A DNA stretch of 64,000 bases from the human T2T-CHM13v2.0 reference genome, Homo sapiens, in contig CP086569.2 of assembly GCA_009914755.4 (NCBI GenBank), forward strand, positions 21,920,001-21,984,000. The letters run 5' to 3'. Shown here in pieces: positions 56,391-64,000 of this stretch. The translations under genes and the position numbers were made by a program. Position 1 is the stretch's first letter. Each line of letters starts with the position of its first letter. The notes below the pieces were generated by a model, which searched no databases, was not told the origin of the DNA, and saw nothing but the letters and a program-made list of their open reading frames with translations.

Positions 56391-56879
56391 TCCAAAGGGG
56401 AATTCTCTAATGCCAGGGGCTGATCTAGGGCTCCATCAATATGAGCAAATATACAAGTTTTGAAGCTAACAACAAGCTTTGTCTCAGACCGTTAGAGGAT
56501 TGAAAGTTTACTTTAAAAAATTAGAAAGATGTTTACACACTGAGACATTTGTAGCCTGGTATGTAAAAGAAACAAAAGGGAAAATTCTCTCACAAAAGTG
56601 ACCTTCTTGAGACCTTTTAAAGTGAATGAATATCTGGCCCTAAAAGCTGACAGCAAGAATTGTGCCTGAATTCTTGATAATGTGCTTTTTTTTTTTTTAC
56701 AAGACAAGAAAGATGTTTCCATGAAGAGAATATTAAAAACATAAATTTAGAAAAATCACTAAGAGAAATTTTCTCATTCCAATGGTCCTTCTAAAAAATA
56801 GCCTGAATATCTGGTTTTAAAAGCTGACAACAAGTTATGTGCCAGAATCCTTGATAATGGACATTCTTTTTTTTCAGGA

Positions 56880-57270
56880 AAAGAATAGAGGCAGGAGAAT
56901 AGCAGAGGGAATTGGAAATTGAATAAAGGGTGAAATGAGTAAAAGCAAAAGCAAGGGACAGATGAGCAAAAAGTAAAATAAGAACAGAAGTTGAGTGGCC
57001 AAAACATGAGATAAAGTAGTGTGTAAGGAGCCCAAGGCTGGCTAGAGCCAGACAAAACCAGTAAAGAGCAGCTACTCAGAGATGGACATGTACGTTAGAA
57101 AAAAAAAAAAAGAAGAAACCCTTAAAATAATCCTATATGATAATCAGCTAATTAAAGCTTGCATATATGGACTGCATATCATGCATGTACTTAAAATTAT
57201 GAAATAAGGTGACACACAAGCATGCAGAGGCCAGACTAAATAAGCAACCCACCTGTCAGTCAAAAGGCAG
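56880..57270. other. Unclassified about 400-bp segment with a paralogous copy at 63580-63990
   Basis: ggaaaagaatagaggcaggagaatagcagagggaattggaaattgaataaagggtgaaatgagtaaaagcaaaagcaaggg...aaggagcccaaggctggctagagccagacaaaaccagtaaagagcagctactcagagatgg aligns to 63580 ggaagaaattagggaagaaaatagcagaggaaattggaggctaaatgagtaagagcaagggg...aaggagcccctggctggctagatccagaccaaatcactaaggggcagcttctcagagatagg. Confidence 0.55.
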
Positions 57271-57276
57271 ATATTA

Positions 57277-57585
<309 letters not shown>

Positions 57586-57659
57586 GATGCTAACTAGAGA
57601 TTGGGAAGTTTCGGAAGAGAACAAATAAAGCATACAAAAAGATCCAAAATATACCAAAT

Positions 57660-57800
57660 GCCCAGCTAACTTTCTGTTTTTAGTAGAGATGGGGTTTCAC
57701 CATGTTGGCCAGGGTGGTCTTGATCTCTTGACCTCATGATCTCCCCACCTCTGCTTCCCAAAGTCCTAGGATTACAGGTGTGAGCCACTGTGCCAAGCCC
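57660..57800 (-). mobile_element. Alu fragment (right-monomer portion, minus orientation)
   Basis: tttctgtttttagtagagatggggtttcaccatgttggccagggtggtcttgatctcttgacctcatgatctccccacctctgcttcccaaagtcctaggattacaggtgtgagccactgtgcc. Confidence 0.8.
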
Positions 57801-59099
57801 CAAACTAATGCTAATCATATTTAGTAGAGGTGAACATACTTCTCCATCTCTGACAGAGTTACTGTGCTTGATAAAGTTTATTTGTTTTGCTATTTGTTGT
57901 GTGTGGCACCAAGAACCTGGGACTTTACAACATCAGCCAGTCACATATTATTGTGGTGAGACACCCAGGAGGCAAGCTCAAGTTTGAGATTCTTATTTTT
58001 GCTTCTACTTTCAATGTTTTGTTTCTGTTTGTTGCCATTCTTCACAGGCATGAGATAGGCAGTTAGGAGGTATTAGGGCACGCAATGCTGGAGGACTCCC
58101 ACGACAGGGTAAGATGGTTGGGAAATAAAGCAACAAGGCTCTGCCAGATGCAAGAAAGAACACTGCATCTGTAAAGTATTTGTGTGTTTGGTAAGACATA
58201 ATATTTGATTTCTGCTATCACAATGTTGAAACCAATAATTATTATACACTGACTTAAAGAGCCAAGATAAATAAAAAGAAAACCCTACATTTTATGTGAG
58301 GAAGCAGATCTCAATTCTTTTAGTTTGGTAGACCCGGAACTGAAAGTAAACTCCTTGTAGAGTCTCTTAAATCACGCACAGATTGCATAGCAGATCCATG
58401 GGTAAATTGATCTGCCTGGATTATCTGTTATAGTTATAGGACACTATATTTCCTTATTAACATGGCAGTGTCTAACATATTTAAGCTAGGCAGTCTGCCT
58501 TTTCTAGTTCCTCAAACTATAATTACCAAAATGCTTGAAGAATTCATTTCAGAAGATGCTATTTTGGGCAGCTACAGGGAAGCCAAAAGCTAAGGGATAC
58601 ACATTGGTGCTAAAGGGAAACTTATAAATTACCAATTATTGTGGGATCCTTCTTCAAGTGGTTCAATTGACACTGACACCTAGCTAAGGCTAGAGACATA
58701 AAGCATATCATGAAAATGCCCAAGAAGAACATGTCCTGCTGGCCCTCAAATCTAGCATAGGTCCCCCATAGAAGATGCTGCACTGAGCAGCAGTGCTCTG
58801 TTTCAAGTTTCCCTTGTTTTCCTCCATAGACAGACAATAACAAACTCAGCCTCAATCTTACAAAACTCCTTTCTAGCCGCATTTTCAACAACTGGAAATA
58901 GTTGTCTTGACAGATATTCTGAGAGCATGGGCAAGGCATACATAGATTAGGCTCAGCTCAAACAAAATAATATCTTTTTTTTTTTTTTTAACTGGAGATG
59001 GCTGGATTTTTCAAAATCGCCTGTTTTGGATTTATAGCAAAGCTCATTCACAAGGCAACATAGGGACCAGAGAATAAGCCAAGTGAATAAACCCTCAAT

Positions 59100-59800
59100 A
59101 ATTAGAGAGGTCTTTACTAAGTTAAAACAAGCCCTCACCCGGACTCCTGCACTAGGCAACCCAGACCTCACTAAATCTTTTTTAAATATGCGGGTGAAAG
59201 TAAAGGCATTGCTATTGGTGTTGCAACCTAAATATTAGGCTTAAAACCTAGAACAATTGCTGGCTTTTCAAGGAAATTGAATGGGGGCAGCCTCAAGATG
59301 GCCAAGCTGCTTGTGTGCAATAGAAGCCACTACTATTTTAGCAGAGGAAACCACTAAGATCACTCTGAGTCAGCCATTGAAATTACTAACAACACCAGGC
59401 TAAATTAATCCTGCAGGTAAAAATCAATAACACATCTGGATGACAGGAGAAATGTTAATCAAGTATCAGGCTGTGCTTTTGAATAATTGAGAAGTTAAAA
59501 CTTGTAAGACCCTGAATCCAGCTTTACTACTGCCTACAGGCTCAATAATTGATTTTTTTTAACATATTATTGCACATGCAAAGGTGAGCCAAGCTCATCG
59601 AAAAGATCATGGTCTTCAAGACCCTGAAGATGACTGCTTCACAAATGATAGTAGCTGTTTGTCTAATGGAGAATGCCAGGCTGGGTATGCAATAGTAAAC
59701 TACAACACCATTATTAAGTCCCAGCCACTGCCCCCAGGCAAAGCACACAAAGCTTGAGATTATTACTTTAATCTGGGCCCCAATAACTAGAAAAGAAAAG
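59100..59800 (+). mobile_element. ERV class I (gammaretrovirus-like) pol fragment: RT C-terminal/connection and the start of RNase H
   Basis: Conceptual translation gives ...AASRWPSCLCAIEATTILAEETTKITLSQPLKLLTTPG...YQAVLLNN.EVKTCKTLNPALLLP...DDCFTNDSSCLSNGECQAGYAIVNYNTIIKSQPLPPGKAHKA. This resembles the MLV-type RT block GWPPCLRA.AA.A.L...LNPATLLP...HDC followed by the RNase H motif FTDGSS...AGYAVV...LP.GTSAQ.AEL. It is interrupted by stops. Confidence 0.6.
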
Positions 59801-60401
59801 CATATTGCTAAACAGCAAGCATTCCCCCTTAAAAAATGAAAATAAAATTCCTCAATTATGAGAAGCCATAAGTCTACCAAAGCCTATAGCCATAATTAAT
59901 TGTGGAGGGAATCAGAAAGATTTAACCTGCAAAGTGCAGAAAAAGAAAAAGGTCAATAAGAAAGCCAAAGTGGCAGCCCTCAGAACATAATCCCAATCAG
60001 TTTTAGTCTTGTTTTCTTATCATAATTCCCTTGCAGAAACTAACCACACAATACAAGAAAAACAACAAACAAAACAGCAAGAAGGACAAAAACAATAACT
60101 CTAGTGGTATATGGGGCCAAGATGATAACTTACTCAAGCAGCCAAGTGGAAAGTTATAAAAACTTTACATGACTACTTTCACATGGGGAGGGATGCCACA
60201 CTAGCGATAGTAAACAGACTCTTGATTAGATGTAATATTGCTTCAGTGGTTAAGCAATTTTTTCAAACAACTCGGAGTATAACACCTCTCTTAATAGAGC
60301 CCAACTATGTGGGAGGCTCCAAATAAAGGTCCTCAAAAGGAGAGTCTAAAGACAGATTTAGACGTTACATACCATCCTCTGCTGTGGGGGCACCAGTCTC
60401 T

Positions 60402-60841
<440 letters not shown>

Positions 60842-63579
60842 CTAGAAAAGTCACCCCATATATCATTCCCCAAATTGTACTTTCTCTCAGGGAGATGGCA
60901 GAGCTGGAGAGCACAATGAGAGTTCAAGCCTCTTTTTCATTAACAGGTAACAGACATACAACAATGGAAAGAAAAACTAGTGAGTTATTCTGAAAGCCCG
61001 AGTGAGTTTGCAAATGTTTTCCAAACCTTGTATCTGGCTTGTAACCTTTCATAGAAGAATGAGAAAAAAAAAAATCACTTAGGTAGTGAACTTTTACAAG
61101 CTGACATTAGTCACAAAGAAAAAAAAAAGAAAAAATGTATTTTTTTTTAAATGTGGCTATGTTTTACAGATGGTTGAAAGACTTTAAAATATATACTAAC
61201 CTAGACTCAGCCTCACAAAAAGGGAAAGTACTCATGGCTCAGCACTTTATAAGCCAGCCTGCCCCTAATATTAGATGCAAACTTCAAAGGCTGCAAATGG
61301 GGCCTTAGAAACCTCAGGCTCAGCTCCTGGATACTGCTTTTATGGTATACAGGAATCATTACCTAGAAGAGAAGAAGAAATGGTAACCCAAAATTATAGC
61401 TACCATTATTGGCAATGCCTTAAAGGCCCAGAATGTGTCAAAGGATAACCTGCAAGGACCCAGAAGTAGGAAACCTTGCTTCAAGTCCAAAGAAAGGACA
61501 TTGGATGAAGAATTTTACAAGACCCCTATCTTGCTGCCAGTGCAAAGGTACAAGTCATTATCCCTGGCTTTGGAGGATTGATTGTCCTCACTCCCACCAA
61601 GAGACTTGGTCAGCTAAAATTCTAACAATGCAAAGGAAGGAAATGAATGAAGACTGAAGGAGCTTACAGTCTCCCTCACTGCCCCATCCAGCAATATTAT
61701 CCTTATCATTGAGAAACCTGGGATAACTCTGGATGTCATGGGCACCCAAATTGCATGTAGTTTTAATACAGGGATACACTACTCTGTCCTTACTGCTTAT
61801 GCTGAAAAATACCCCTCTTGGTCTAAGTGATGGAAATAAAAAGAAAGGCACAGACTAGGTTGTTTACTCCTCTTCCAGCTTGCTAATTTAAAAAAATCTT
61901 TCAACAAGAATTTCTGATAGTGCCCAGTTGCTGAGTTAGTTCCTCTCCCCATAAGAGGTACTATGGTAAAAACAGGGTTGCTACTACCACTGCAGATTCA
62001 GTTAACAGCTTCAGCACAGGAAAGCAAGCATGCAGCGTCGGGGCCAAGATCTAGCCAACCTTTGATTAAACAGAATATTATTTCTGTAACACTCATAAAT
62101 ATGTTATGTCTATCTAGTTATTCTCATAACAGTGTTGAAGAAGACTACTGGTTTTTAGGTGCAGATAATTATTATTCAGCTGTGAAGTCTAGAAATTTTG
62201 ACCCATCGGGAGAATGTGATCCAAGCGTCCTGGCTAATAAATTTGGAATAAAGATGAATAACCCTCATGTAGTTCTACAAAGACCTACCATGGAAATTTC
62301 CTGGGTGGGAACAGGAAATTCTTTCTATGTGAAAAAGAGAGTATTTTGTAACTTCTTGTAAAATAGAGAAGCCCTTGTGATGTTGTGGGACATGTGTGGT
62401 GATGCACATCACCCTACACTTCCATGCCCTGAAGTTTAAACCTATCATTTTTCTTCTGCTCTTACTGACTTTCATTATTGGGATTGTTTAATTCAGCATC
62501 TCCCTAGGTAGCACTGAAGGCCAGAAGCCTACCAGGATTTTGTCTTATTTTTTTAAAATGAAGAATTTTGTCTAATTCAGAGGTTACCTAAAGTCTAAAT
62601 TATGAACTTAAAATGGTTACATATAAAATAAGCTAGAAAGAAACCTGTAAGTAGGAAACAGTAATATAAAGAAAGACAGGAACAGGTAGATCCACTTTTT
62701 CTTAAAGAAGATTATAAAGAAAGAAAAATAATTTTATACAAAAAGGATATTGTATGGTAAAGTTCTGTCCTAATGTAAAATAACTGTTTACTTAAGAAAG
62801 AGAAAAGTTTGTGACATGTCAGAAAGTTCAAGCATGTCATAGAATGTCTATGAAAATCATCATAAGTTTCATGAAGTGGAATTTATAAAAGAAATTTTAT
62901 ATTTTATTAAGTTGCTTATTATTTAAAAATCAGTTGTAATAATTTTACTAAGATGGTACCCTTTATGAATATACAGTTTTCTTAAAGAATTAATTTTCTC
63001 TCAATGAAATTACAAGATATTTTACTTTTAATTTTACAAACTATTTCTTTTAAAAACTTGTCAGTGTGTCACTGCATTCAATTTTGTTCTCCCCTTGAGA
63101 ATAACTCAGATAATAATTCTCCTCTTCAGCTTTTCAGATTCTGTAACTGTTTTTCTCTAGTTCTAATTGCATTGACAGAATAAGGGAAGAAGCCAGAGTT
63201 TGACCAAGCTGTCTCAAGAGCTTGTTATCATTGAGTTACCTGATTTTAAGAATTGGTACTACCAATCATCTTGCTTATATCAAAACATTTAATATTCATC
63301 TTAATTTTACTACTTCTAGAACCCTACATTTTGAATTACCTCATTTTATGTGTGTCTGACTACCTGGCAGCTCTCCAGTTCCAGATGATGATTATTCCAA
63401 AAGCCTTGGAAAAACACCAAGCTATGACCAACCCAGACACCCTTACATAAAGCATGGAGAGAGTTCTATGATCTCCAGGTAGGCATCATCACCACACAAA
63501 GCCAGTGAAAAGCAGGTACAGAAAATGGGCCTTCACTTTTGGAACCCCATTAAGATGTATGAGGATCATTTCTATCAGG

Positions 63580-63990
63580 GAAGAAATTAGGGAAGAAAAT
63601 AGCAGAGGAAATTGGAGGCTAAATGAGTAAGAGCAAGGGGAAAAGTTGGGTGAGCAAGAAAAATATAATAAGCAGAAATTGAGCAGTCAAAAAAAGTGAA
63701 ATAAAAGAGTAAATAAGGAGCCCCTGGCTGGCTAGATCCAGACCAAATCACTAAGGGGCAGCTTCTCAGAGATAGGTATAAGCATTAGAAAAAGTATTCT
63801 TAAAATACATTGCATGTGAATGAACTCATTAATGCTCATGCATATTGACTAAATATTATGCCTGGACTTAAAATTATGGGATAAGTGTGATGTTCAAGTG
63901 TACAGGGGCCAAGGAAACTAAGCATCTCTCCTATAAATCAAAAGGAAAATGCTGGCTAGAGATTAGGCAGCCTGGGAACAGAACAGAACA
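63580..63990. other. Paralogous copy of the 56880-57270 segment (same orientation)
   Basis: See the feature at 56880-57270. Confidence 0.55.
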
Positions 63991-64000
63991 AACATGTTAA

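Noticed and set aside
61963-62361. 132-aa ORF MVKTGLLLPLQIQLTASAQ...ISWVGTGNSFYVKKRVFCNFL in unannotated sequence
   Set aside because: No recognisable domain and no obvious splice or promoter context. The region is AT-rich and ORFs of this length are common by chance. It could be an eroded TE ORF, but I cannot support any call.

Overview
This window is primate (human-like) genomic DNA made almost entirely of repeats. It carries young Alu elements, L1PA-type LINE-1 copies, LTR12/ERV9, HERV-K-like and MaLR elements, and satellite DNA. I found no bacterial or phage signatures and no convincing cellular protein-coding gene. Nearly every ORF in the supplied track is either a decayed retroelement ORF or a chance ORF through a tandem repeat.

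Layout, left to right:
1. An L1 with a twin-priming-type inversion straddles the window start (1-905).
2. An internally deleted ERV9 provirus, flanked by LTR12-family LTRs, spans 1893-8680.
3. A rearranged HERV-K-like internal fragment (8690-11150) sits immediately after the ERV9 3' LTR.
4. Two minus-strand Alus follow at 11.2 and 11.8 kb.
5. A short beta-satellite block (68-bp Sau3A family) occupies about 12.6-13.9 kb.
6. A roughly 14-kb non-satellite island (14.0-27.9 kb) holds a (TTCC)n microsatellite, an ERV gag-like fragment, one Alu and a near-full-length but coding-dead L1 (18996-25012). The L1 has target-site duplications.
7. The island is bracketed by two directly oriented paralogous segments of about 1.1 kb, at 14.1-15.2 kb and 26.15-27.4 kb.
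8. A long, strongly diverged beta-satellite array covers about 27.9-41.6 kb. It is punctuated by two Alus, two MaLR LTRs, a (TTTC)n run, a recurring longer-period repeat and a short degenerate TTAGGG-like stretch.
9. A 5'-truncated HERV-K-like element lies on the minus strand at about 42.3-47.8 kb, with RT, RNase H, integrase and env TM remnants.
10. An older L1 5' portion follows at 47.8-50.0 kb.
11. A roughly 170-bp-period, highly diverged alpha-satellite-like monomer array runs from about 50.3 to 56.9 kb. It is interrupted by a minus-strand L1 3' fragment and several Alus.
12. The right end (57-64 kb) holds more Alus, an ERV class I pol fragment and unclassified sequence.

Beta satellite, alpha-like monomers, LTR12/ERV9 and nested transposable elements together suggest a pericentromeric or acrocentric-short-arm-type heterochromatin boundary. 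I found no novel biological system that I can support. The most interesting structure is the organisation of the satellite and duplicated segments.
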